Assembly: GCA_036170735.1 (NCBI GenBank)
Contig: JAVHPT010000078.1
Coordinates: 1-58,396 of the forward strand
DNA length: 58,396 nucleotides
Direction: 5' to 3'
DNA from: Patescibacteria group bacterium
GTDB lineage: Bacteria; Patescibacteriota; Gracilibacteria; BD1-5; UBA2023
The position numbers and the translations under genes were made by a program. The notes beneath the pieces are model-generated. The model was not told the DNA's origin, made no database searches, and saw nothing but the letters and a program-made list of their open reading frames with translations. Numbering within the stretch: the first letter of the stretch is position 1; each line of letters starts with the position of its first letter. Below, piece after piece: positions 34,767 through 44,254 of the stretch.

Positions 34767-35246
34767 ATGATTTTCCTCGGCATTGACCCATGAACCGCAA
34801 CTACTGGATTTGCTTTTCTTGAAAAAGAGGGAAACAGTCTTCGAGTTCTCGAATATGGAGTCATCACCACGCCTGCTGGTATTGCTTTTCCTGATAGACT
34901 TCTGCTTATTGCGAAGGATCTGCGAGAACTCCTTGATACCTACAATCCAACCGTTGCGGGGATTGAGCGCCTTTTTTTCCTCCGAAATGTCACCAATGGT
35001 ATTGATGTTGCTCAGGCGAGAGGTGTTGTTCTCTATACACTCGTTGAGCGATGAATCCAGATTATAGAATTTACACCACTTCAAGTAAAGCAGGGAATCA
35101 CTGGAAATGGGAATGCAAAAAAGCCACAAGTTCAGAAAGCTCTTCAGATGGTTTTTCATCTCCAGGATATTCCGAAGCCAGATGATGCTGCAGATGCACT
35201 CGCCATTGCATATCTCACTAGTTTGAAGGTAAAACAAAGTGTATAG
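34767..35246 (+). CDS. ruvC: Holliday junction resolvase RuvC
   Basis: [19 protein letters not shown]...VAGIERLFF...[20 protein letters not shown]...[12 protein letters not shown]; 159 aa. A TATAAT hexamer lies 6 nt upstream of the ATG. Confidence 0.93.
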
Positions 35247-35271
35247 GTGTAGTGCGACAAAGGAATTTTAG

Positions 35272-35596
35272 TTTTTTGTCATTCTCGGTACGAGAATCTG
35301 CTCCGTCATTCTGAGAAACGAAGATTCCAGCATTTTCCACACAGAGCGTACTTTTTGTACAAAAAGTACCAAAAACTCTTCCAATCTTCTCTGCTTCATT
35401 TCTCTGCTTACTTCTCATAACTGAAAAGTAACAAAAGCTTCTTCTTTTTGTTTGTTCCTTTTGCATTCCGTTTCCGATTCATTTTTGGAAATCCGAAAAA
35501 CTCGTCCTACGGACTCAAACAGTTCCGAATTTCTGCAAAAACTTCATCGACAGAAAAAGCAAAACTCACAAAAAAAGAAGCAAAACCAGGAACAAT
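35272..35596 (+). repeat. Mosaic intergenic repeat, locus B (longest copy)
   Basis: ttttttgtcattctcggtacgagaatc (hairpin); ccgtcattctgagaaacgaagattccagcatttt. The same ~70-nt palindrome module as locus A follows. The gaaaagtaacaaaagcttcttcttttt...gtttccga and cttcatcgacagaaaaagcaaaactcacaaaaa modules are shared with locus C. tcctacggactcaaacag is shared with loci A, D and F. Confidence 0.85.
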
Positions 35597-35710
35597 AAAA
35601 ATGAAAAACCATTCTATGTACTATGCACTTTGATTATGTACTAATTCCAAAATTCCCTTGCTTTTGGCTTTACATTCTATACAATTCTTTTTAATTAACT
35701 GCTTCCGCTA

Positions 35711-36484
35711 ATGTCCTTCATTACTGCCCTTGCAGCAACATTTCAGGTAACAGAGTTTGACGTACTCTTCTTTATGGGGATTTTTATTATCTCCGCCGTC
35801 TTTTATAACTCTCTTACGCTTCATAATATCTTTGAAGCAGCATTTTGAGCGATCGTTGGTTTGGGTATATATGTTCTTCTTTCTGTACTCTTACTTGGGA
35901 ATGCTTCTTTCGGAAGTGAGCCCTGAGTATTTCCTGCACAATTCGCCGTTATTATTGTGAGTATTGTTATCTATTTTATCTTTCTTCTTGCGATACTCTT
36001 TCCGATGCATGGATGACTGATTATCTCCGAACCAACTCATCCAGTACTCTATATGCTTCAGTATTTTTGAGTATCGATGTTTCTTCTCTATAGTCTGTTT
36101 GCTGCTATTATCTATATGGCAGAACAGGTGTATATTTTCAAGATTGCAACTATCTTTGTTTGGCTTCATGGATGGACGTATTATACTGAAGTTATCCAGC
36201 ATTCTGCGATCTATTCATATGTTGTTACCAACCAAAATATCATTATCCCGCTCGGAGTACTTCTGATGATCTACAAGTTGCTTCTTTCCAATATCATTAA
36301 TGCAGCACTCCTTTCGATCTGGTACAATCTTTCCCATATTGGCTTCTATCGTCCAAAGGATGATTCCCATTATCGTGTAGAGTTTCATGAGGTTGCTGGG
36401 CATGCGGGTGCAGGACATGATGATGGACACGGAGGGGGTGATGCCGCAGGACATGATGATGGACATGGATGATGATACCACTAA
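35711..36484 (+). CDS. Polytopic membrane protein with a His/Asp/Gly-rich C-terminal tail
   Basis: 257 aa and about 7 hydrophobic segments. The tail is HEVAGHAGAGHDDGHGGGDAAGHDDGHG-G-G-YH. Two adjacent TGA codons precede TAC CAC TAA (stop 36482-36484). Confidence 0.65.
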
Positions 36485-36602
36485 GTGAATAACAGGATCT
36501 TATGAAATCAGAGATATTTCATAGAGAAACAGAAGAAAGTATTCTCTATAAAACACATCAGCACAAGATTATTCTCATTCTGGAAATAATGTTTATTTAA
36601 GT

Positions 36603-37637
36603 ATGATTTTCTTAAAGATACGAATTCTCGTGCTCTTCACCTTTTTTCTTTTATTTTTGGTTTCCTGTTCGTCTGAATATAGTGATCACTACTTCTCTGA
36701 ACACGTTCAGATCCAGAGCGAATCTTGAAGCCGAAAGGATTTATCCTATGATCCATCATTTTCTTCTTGAGAGTTACTAGTATTACCAGATACAAAAGTT
36801 CGAGACCAGCTCATTGGTTTTATCGATTCTGCACAGAAACAAGTTTGGATCGAGATATATACCTGGACGGATACAAACTTGCTTGAATCCGTAATAAAAG
36901 CAAAAAAGAGAAATGTCGATATAAGAGTAATTTTGGAGGGAAATGTCTATGGTATACCAACTATCAATAAAAAGATATTTACAGCCCTCCAAAATGAGGA
37001 TATTCCCGTTGTCTATGCCGATAACTATCGGTATACCTTCACTCATGCGAAGTTCTTTCTTATTGATGGACGGTATTTTATTAGCACCGGAAATTGGACG
37101 GCCTCATTTTTCACCAAAAATAGAGACGCTATATTTACCGATACAAATAAGAAAATTCGAGCATTTCTTGAGCAACTTTTTCTTGCCGATTTTGAACACA
37201 GAGCATTTCTTGACACAAGCAGTATCCCGAATGGCCTCATTATATCTTCGATGAACGCTCGTGAGCAGATAGAGACAATTATCCGAAGTACAAAAAAAGA
37301 TGTAATTTTCTATATTCAGACATTACATGATAGCAAACTCATGAATACTATAGAGAAACTTCACTCAAATGGAATAAGCGTAAAAGTGTGTGTGGCTGAT
37401 AATGAAGAAAATAGGAAGACTTCTTTGGGTCTACCATATCCCATTACGCTCGCCAGAAAGCCATATCTTCATGGGAAATTTGTGCTTATAGATGGCCAGA
37501 ATGTATTTATTGGAAGCCAGAACTTTACGGCAAATGCTATTGATAATAACCGTGAAGTTGGGATTTTTCTCGAGAAGAATCTAAAGGTCTATACTACAAT
37601 ATTTACACTTTTCCAGAAAGACTGTATTTTTCAGTAA
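36603..37637 (+). CDS. Phospholipase D-family (two HKD motifs) lipoprotein
   Basis: The upstream extension of track ORF 36879-37637 through 2 TGA gives MIFLKIRILVLFTFFLLFLVSCSS (lipobox LVSC). The HKD motifs are FTHAKFFLIDGRYFISTGN and LHGKFVLIDGQNVFIGSQN. 344 aa. Confidence 0.85.
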
Positions 37638-37697
37638 AATCTTTGCATTTTTTTGCTTATTATAGTAGGATTCAGGTATATCTAATCCTCTTCGAAC

Positions 37698-39593
37698 ATG
37701 CTTCACTTTGTAAAAAATATCTTCTTTGCAATTATTGCGATTGGGATCGCATCTTTCATGGTATTATTATCAATAGCATTTGGGGAAACCCAAAGTGTTG
37801 ATATGCACTGATATACTCAAGGCCATGAAATCAAGCTTTACGTTATTGGTGAGTGAAAAAACGCTGATAATGTGCAAACTCTCATTTATACGGGCATCTC
37901 GCTTGGGGAAACACCCAATTTTGATAAAAGTTCGGCTCTGTATATAGATTTTTGACGACTTGCTTCTGCATTTCTCCTTCCAGATGATACTACCAAAAAT
38001 CTAAATGCTCTTACTTTATCAGGAAATGAAGTAACACTTGTTGGAACTAATCCTATGATCATTTCCTTGTATGATCCCTTTTCTACGTATACCATTCATT
38101 CTGCAAGTTGAGATTATTCAGTAGAACAAGTTACCAATGGGAGTTTTTATATAGGAAATGAGGCAAATAACACTATTTCAGTGTATTCTATTGATGCCGT
38201 CATACGACTCAATTTTCTCTACGGAGGAGAACATATGGCAGATATTGTACTCTTCCCTTGAATGTATGTTCGATTTGATCCAACATCCAATCGTATATTT
38301 AAATGAGTTACTGATCCGTTTCGAGTCGCTCAGGTAGTAGAATCAAATTATACAACTGACACTTCGGGTACTACAGGAATAGAATTTGTAAATCCTCGAA
38401 TGGAAAACTCTGAAAATCTCGACACATTTTTCATGTATCGTCTTCCTCCAAATACTCGTCTTCTTTTCAGTATGCTCCATATGATGTTTCATGACAAAGT
38501 TGCACAGATAGATATCATGAAATCATATGCTACGGATCTTGCCGCTTCCTCTGATTCTATATCCAATCCTTGGCTCTTTAATCCGAGTAAAATAAATCAC
38601 TTTCTCTTGCTTGAACTCAAGTGAACTCTGTCTCAGTGACTCCAATCACAGACAAACTTTGATGCATTCACACTGAAAATCCAAGATATTAGAGAGAGGG
38701 CAAAAACTCTCGCAATAGGAAATAGCGTGAATCAGACATTTGAACAATTCCTTACTGATGGTCGTTTTGCACTCTTCTGAAGTATGATAAGTGCTAATTA
38801 TGAGCAAATATACCAAGAAGTTGCTACTATCGTTGGTATTGCACCATCAACAGGGAAAGCAAAGCTTTTCCAGAAACTCGCAGATATATACTCTCACAAT
38901 CTTGTTACACAAAAGAAGGATCTCACCTTTTCAAAGATTGATACTTATTCTCCAACTGCAAATGAGCTCAAAACAACACTAAGCTCGACAGATATTAACC
39001 ATAAGGATTACTTTGATATTGCTTTCTATGCTTTTAGTATTCTTGAAAAGGCGAAGAACGGACAGTTTTTTGAAAGTGATGCAATAACAGCACATGCAAC
39101 ATACCAGCTTCTTTCAACGCTTTTTGTTTCAACAAGTAAATATGCCTCATCGGTTGAGGATGCTGAGCAACGAGTAAAGAATTATCGAAGTATTGCTCTT
39201 CATTTTTATGATCCTATACTTCGAGTATTTACGCGTTCACTCTATTATTACTTCACCAGTGTTGATAGCGGACATATATTTCTGAGCGAGAAATCACTTA
39301 CGCCTGAGTGAAAGATAAAAATAAGCCGTGATCTTATTCGTGATATAAGAAGTACGGATAGCACAATTCGTAGTATAGTTGTTGAGCTTGAGGGATCTTA
39401 TGCTGGAGAGACGGATCTTAGTACTATTATGAGCATAAAACAATCCATGCTTAGAATTCATGCATTTGCGTCAATTCTTCAGGATGATATTTATACCTCA
39501 TATGTACTTAATCCATATGTAGCTATCAATGACGGGGATGTGGATCTTCCCCAGGTTTCTGATAATAATACCACAGTTCTTACGGCACAATAG
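37698..39593 (+). CDS. Hypothetical membrane-anchored protein (631 aa)
   Basis: One frame joins 38400-38624 and 38784-39311 through TGA codons. The N-terminal TM segment is IFFAIIAIGIASFMVLLSIAF. I recognised no motif. Stop is TAG 39591-39593. Confidence 0.65.
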
Positions 39594-39599
39594 CAAGAC

Positions 39600-40250
39600 C
39601 TATTGGAGATACTCTTCTTTCCATTCTTGGATTTTCTTTCCATTCCCTCCAAGGAGTATACTTGGAACCTGTAATCCTTCAAAGATCTCTGGACGAGAAT
39701 ATTGAGGGTATTCTTTTTTTCTCCTGAGGCCTTTACTAAAGGATTCTTCCTGAAGCGACCCCTCGCTCAATACTCATGGAATAAGTCGAACGATACTATC
39801 GACAACCACAAGTGCAGCCAATTCACCACTCGATAGTACATAGTCCCCTATAGAAACCTCCTGTATGGGAAAAAGCTGGAATATACGTTCATCTACTCAT
39901 TCATAGTGTCAGCAGATAATACAATATTGTTTCTGTTCTTCTTGGAGTTTTTCACTGAACTCTTGGGTAAGAGTTACTCACCTTGGAGACATGAGAAGGA
40001 TGGTCATCTCTCCATACTCTTTCTGTATCTTTCGAAGTGCAAGTGCAAGAGGTTCAATGGTGATAACGGTTCCAGATCAACCACCATATGGACGATCATC
40101 TACACGCCTGGTATTACGTACCGTCCAGTCCGTGAGATTGTGTAATATATAACGAAAGAGCCCCTTTTCTTGGGCTCTTTTCATGATACTTGAGTCGAGA
40201 TATGTCCTCATGCTCTCAGGAAAAAGAGAGACAATATGAACGGTAAACAT
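39600..40250 (-). CDS. trmD: tRNA (guanine37-N1)-methyltransferase
   Basis: [14 protein letters not shown]...[20 protein letters not shown]...IIC-G-HYE-G-VDERI...[29 protein letters not shown]; 216 aa. Confidence 0.94.
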
Positions 40251-40256
40251 AGAGAA

Positions 40257-41195
40257 TTATTGAATATCAATGATTTCTACATCGAAGAAGAGGGTCTTTC
40301 CCATCAGAGGGTGACTCTCAGCAACAGTAACCATATCACCTTTTACATCTTGAATAGTAATCTTTCCCTGAGGAGTGTCAATAGACTCTCAGGTAGCAAA
40401 TTTCTTATTATAGAATGGACTTTGTTTATTGGTTATTTCGAGGGTGATACCAGTTCCAGCTATGCTAACAATTTTGAATGTTGCTGCTCCATCTGCTGAT
40501 TCAGCAGTTGTTCCAACTACAAGTTTTTCTTTGTAGAAAGGATTATCAGTATTTTGGATATCAAGGGTAATAGTCTTGTCATCTACTTTTGTAACCTTTG
40601 CTGTTGCATTGTTTGCGCCAGTAAAGACTTGTCCAACCTTTGCATTTTGCATCTCATCTTTGAGTTGAGCCTTCTCGATAGTCTGAGTAACAACATCACC
40701 AAAGACCTTTTTATCTTGAGTCATAGTGAATACTGGGGCTATCTGGTATTTTGGTATTTCACGAAGAGTTGGACCTGTTCCATATCCGAGTTCAGGAGGA
40801 ACTTCGATAACCTTCTTTTCACCCTTTTTCATACCAAGGAGTCCCTTCTCAAATCCTGAAATAACACCATGAGTTCCAATCATAACCTGGAATGCCTGGT
40901 ACTGGGCTCCAGTCTTGTAGAGATTATTTGCCTTTGCTACATCTTCAAGGGTTGTTTCGAGGACTTTTCCATCTGCAGCCCCATCACGGAGAGTGTAGTT
41001 AAGAGTTACAAGAGTGCCACTTGCTATTACGTTTGGGGTTACCTTGGCAACAGTGTCAGATAAGTTCGCTGTTCCTGATGAAGCTATGGGAGTGCCAGAA
41101 TTGGTACTAGTAGAGGTGTTGGTATCTGGAGATACGCCAAAACTACACGCAGAAAGTGTTACGAGTAATACTGAAGCAATGAGAAATATACGCAT
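40257..41195 (-). CDS. FKBP-type peptidyl-prolyl isomerase lipoprotein
   Basis: The signal plus lipobox is MRIFLIASVLLVTLSAC. The FKBP core is FQVMIGTHGVISGFEKGLLGMKKGEKKVIEVPPELGYG. The C-terminus after a TGA is ...SHPLMGKTLFFDVEIIDIQ. 312 aa. Confidence 0.85.
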
Positions 41196-41241
41196 AAGAT
41201 TAAGAAATTATGATTACAACGTGACCATTGTATGGAATATT

Positions 41242-42222
41242 TTATTTTTTCAATCCCATGAGGGCTAGCTCTATTGCAAAAATACGTCATAATTCACCAT
41301 CCTGAAGTCATTTCCCGCTCTTGTAAGCCTTATTTATATCTAATATTTCTTGGAAGAATTTCCTAATCTTTTCGAAAGAGACCCGTGAAGATATAGATTT
41401 TCTCAGGACAAATGGGTGCACTTTGATAATATTCCCAATTTCATTTGCCGTTTTTCACTCAGAAAAGAGGAACTTGATATATATGTGGCTTCGAAGAAGG
41501 CCAATAAGAGAAGGAAGGAGTTCTGCAGATTTCATGGTTTCAGTCATACGTCGTAGGAGAAGGATACTTGCCTTTGCTTTTTCAGCAAGGATCATATCCA
41601 CAAGATCAAAAATCTTTCCTCATCATTCTGTGTGAATAAGAGAATCGATCTCTGATTGATTCCTTGTATCTCAAGAAACACCCAAAAGTGAGAACATCTC
41701 AAGCGATCCTGCGATAGAGTGTCCAATCGTTGGATTCCTATCTGTAACCTCTCGGTTTCATTCATCATTTTGGTAGGTTTCCACGATACTTCGGATGTCT
41801 CTGGTTTCAAGGAGAGAAAACCGTTTTCCCCATGCAGCAATATTCCATACAGTATCAATAAGTCTGACATCGGCATTAGCTTTGAGCCAGGCTATCATCC
41901 CTTCTTCCTTTGCAGAGATGCTATGAAAGATACAAAAATGATCTTCTGGAATGTTTTCACGAATTTGTTCCAATATTTCTTCGAATCCACCGCTTTTTGC
42001 CTTTTTCTCAACTCATCCAGAAAAAAGAAAGAGACGTTTATCTGTAAAAAGTCCACTAGTTGCGAGATTGTCTCGGATGACAGGAAAGCTTGTCCGATCT
42101 TCAAGGCGTATATGGTCGATATTGATATCTCCATATTTCCCTTGAAAAACAGCAATCCATCTTTGAACTTCCTGCTCTACGCCGTAACTATCATTTCCTG
42201 TGATGTAGATAATATTTTTCAT
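41242..42222 (-). CDS. holA: DNA polymerase III delta subunit (tentative)
   Basis: MKNIIYITGNDSYGVEQEVQRWI...ATSGLFTDKRLFLFSG is a delta-like N-terminus. 326 aa; the frame was checked from 41221 to 42222. Confidence 0.65.
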
Positions 42223-42252
42223 GAAGGGTTAGTTTAGGTTTTGGGAAGGTTT

Positions 42253-42394
42253 CCGTCATTCTGACGAAGGAAAAATCCAGGATTTCTTTACTTTTGTAAC
42301 CAAAAGTAACAAAAGTTTCGGGTGGGAAGTCAAACTCGCTCAGGTATTCGCTTCGCGCTTCGATTTATTTGCTCTCATTCCCGCTCAAACAGTG
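42253..42394 (+). repeat. Mosaic intergenic repeat, locus D
   Basis: ccgtcattctgacgaaggaaaaatccaggatttc; cttttgtaaccaaaagtaacaaaagtttc; cccgctcaaacagtgtg. A C-rich run ccccccgaacccccc follows. Confidence 0.75.
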
Positions 42395-42454
42395 TGTCTT
42401 CCCCCCGAACCCCCCATTTCACTAATTTCTTCTTTAAATAAAGAAGGGCGTGTG

Positions 42455-42877
42455 CTACCTATTTACCTTCAACAGATCTCGAATTTCTGTCAGCAGCTCG
42501 ATATCGGCTGGTCCAGTAGATTTTGGAGCTTCTGCGGCTTTCTTTCTTATAGCTTTATTCATGGCCTTTATAACCAGGAATATACAAAATGCCACGATAA
42601 CAAAGTTGAGTGTAACGGTGATGAAGTTTCCCCATGCGAGTACTGCTCCAGCTTTTTTCGCATCTATGAGAGTTCCACTAATATCAGGATTTCAAAAAGT
42701 GTAATAGAGATTAGAGAAATCTATATCTCACGTTATCTTTCCGATAATAGGCATAACGATATCTTCAACAAGTGAAGTGATGATCTTCCCAAAAGCTGCT
42801 CCGATGATCACACCAACCGCAAGATCAACAGCATTTCCCTTCATCGCAAAGTCACGAAACTCCTTCAATATCTGCAT
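42455..42877 (-). CDS. mscL: Large-conductance mechanosensitive channel
   Basis: [46 protein letters not shown]...[23 protein letters not shown]; 140 aa. Confidence 0.93.
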
Positions 42878-42983
42878 AAGAAAACTTGTGAAGAAATAAA
42901 ACGTGTTTATTGTATAGGCTTTTTCGGAGATTTCTACTTTACTTTACTTGTTTTTTCCAGATATTGTGTTCATATATCAAAAT

Positions 42984-43577
42984 ATGAAAAAATCATTTCT
43001 CATAGGTATCATTGTAATTGTATCGCTGTGTGTCGGGATACTGTGATATACTATTTTCCATTTTCACTATGAGATGAGTCGTGTGATCGAGATTCGTGGA
43101 ACAGATCCACAGACGTGACAGGTCGTATCACGCGGAATGGGCTATCTCGTCGATGCTACAACGGTTATCACGAGTGCTCACGTTGTTCCAGATGATAGGA
43201 GTATCTACAAGTGATTGCAATCAGGAAGGGAAGTATTACTCACGGTATGAACTAGGTTCTCTGGTCGAGATATCGCTCTTCTTACGCTCCAAAAGTCTGA
43301 GTGAGAAAAAGAACTTCAATCCATACTTCCATATTCAGATATCCGCGATGGAGATGCTGTCATCATCCTTGTTTCCCGTTCTGGTGCTATCGTCCGTCTT
43401 GATGGAAAAGTGAAAAATCCAGAGGCTCAAGTGCTTGCCTATGACCAAAATGGTGAAGTAAAAGTGTTCTCTGGAATTGTCCTCACAGATACTCCGTTCC
43501 TCCCATGAGATAGTGGCGCTCCCATATTCACTGAGTGAGGAAAGCTCATCGATGTGGTGCACGTATCGGAGAAGTAG
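42984..43577 (+). CDS. Small membrane-anchored trypsin-like (S1) serine protease
   Basis: It has an N-terminal TM segment and the catalytic triad contexts TSAHVV, RDIALL and LP-G-DSGAPIF. 197 aa; stop is TAG 43575-43577. Confidence 0.85.
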
Positions 43578-43619
43578 AGGATGATAAAGAAAAAACCTAA
43601 CTCATGAAGTTAGGTTTTA
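43514..43619 (+). repeat. Direct repeat copy 1 (3' end of the protease CDS plus its terminator)
   Basis: tggcgctcccatattcactgagtgaggaaa... The first 30 nt are identical to 44141-44170 and the rest is diverged but alignable through the terminator hairpin. Confidence 0.85.
43589..43619. terminator. Bidirectional terminator (protease gene / ParE-like gene)
   Basis: aaaaaacctaact-catga-agttaggtttt. Confidence 0.75.
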
Positions 43620-43937
43620 GCGTATTTCAAGCTTGGTGATAAAACGGTCATCACCCAAATCTTCCCATGAGAGAAAGAGGTACTTTGATCTCCATGGAAG
43701 AATGATAGTGTTTTTTGAGATTCTTCCGAGCACTTCATCTTCATCAAGACGTTGCTCTATGAGGGAACGAATCTCTTGTTTCCGGTTCTTTGCCTCTTGT
43801 GTATAGGAGTTTTTGATTTGTTCCTCGGACCATATTCCTGTATCGCTGTAGAGTTCATGATAATACTCACGATATCGGATCATATACTTTTCGAGTACAT
43901 CTATAACTCATTCCGTATAGTAGATATTTTTACGCAT
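43617..43937 (-). CDS. Putative RelE/ParE-like toxin (tentative)
   Basis: 106 aa: MRKNIYYTE-G-VIDVLEKYMIRYREYY...ILPWRSKYLFLSWEDLGDDRFITKLEIR. Size, position and C-terminal beta-strand pattern are ParE-like. The start overlaps the upstream ORF stop (ATGCGTAA). Confidence 0.4.
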
Positions 43938-44079
43938 AGATTTCTTCTTTCCTTGATGTTCTAATATCCCTCGTCAATATCTGACCTTCTCGCTCTATGA
44001 CTGCATCAAGATAGGCATCGAGTTGTTCACCAGATAATACAGGTTTTCACCTGTAGATTTTTGGTTTTTTTTGAATCAT
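43930..44079 (-). CDS. Putative antitoxin partner (49 aa, tentative)
   Basis: MIQKKPKIYR-G-KPVLSGEQLDAYLDAVIEREGQILTRDIRTSRKEEIYA. It is translationally coupled to the 106-aa ORF. Confidence 0.35.
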
Positions 44080-44140
44080 AGGAAGTATATTATTATGCCT
44101 TGATTATATTCAGATGGTATGAAAGTCAAAATATATTTCG

Positions 44141-44247
44141 TGGCGCTCCCATATTCACTGAGTGAGGAAATCCCACCTGAGTGGTACATGTGTCGGGGAA
44201 GTAGAGGATAATAAAAGAAAAAACCTAACGGTTAGTTAGGTTTTTTC
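44141..44247 (+). repeat. Direct repeat copy 2 (displaced alternative 3' end of the protease gene plus terminator)
   Basis: It still reads in frame GAPIFTE-G-GNPT-G-VVHVSGK*, versus GAPIFTE-G-GKLIDVVHVSEK* in copy 1. The hairpin aacctaac-ggtta-gttaggtttttt follows and also serves the convergent 767-aa gene. Confidence 0.85.
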
Positions 44248-44254
44248 TTTAGAA

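Noticed and set aside
30957-35596. I considered a CRISPR array as an explanation of the recurring hairpin repeats (gtcattcc...).
   Set aside because: The copies are not regularly spaced direct repeats with unique spacers. They are dispersed over 40 kb, in both orientations, with shuffled modules, and there are no cas genes in the window.
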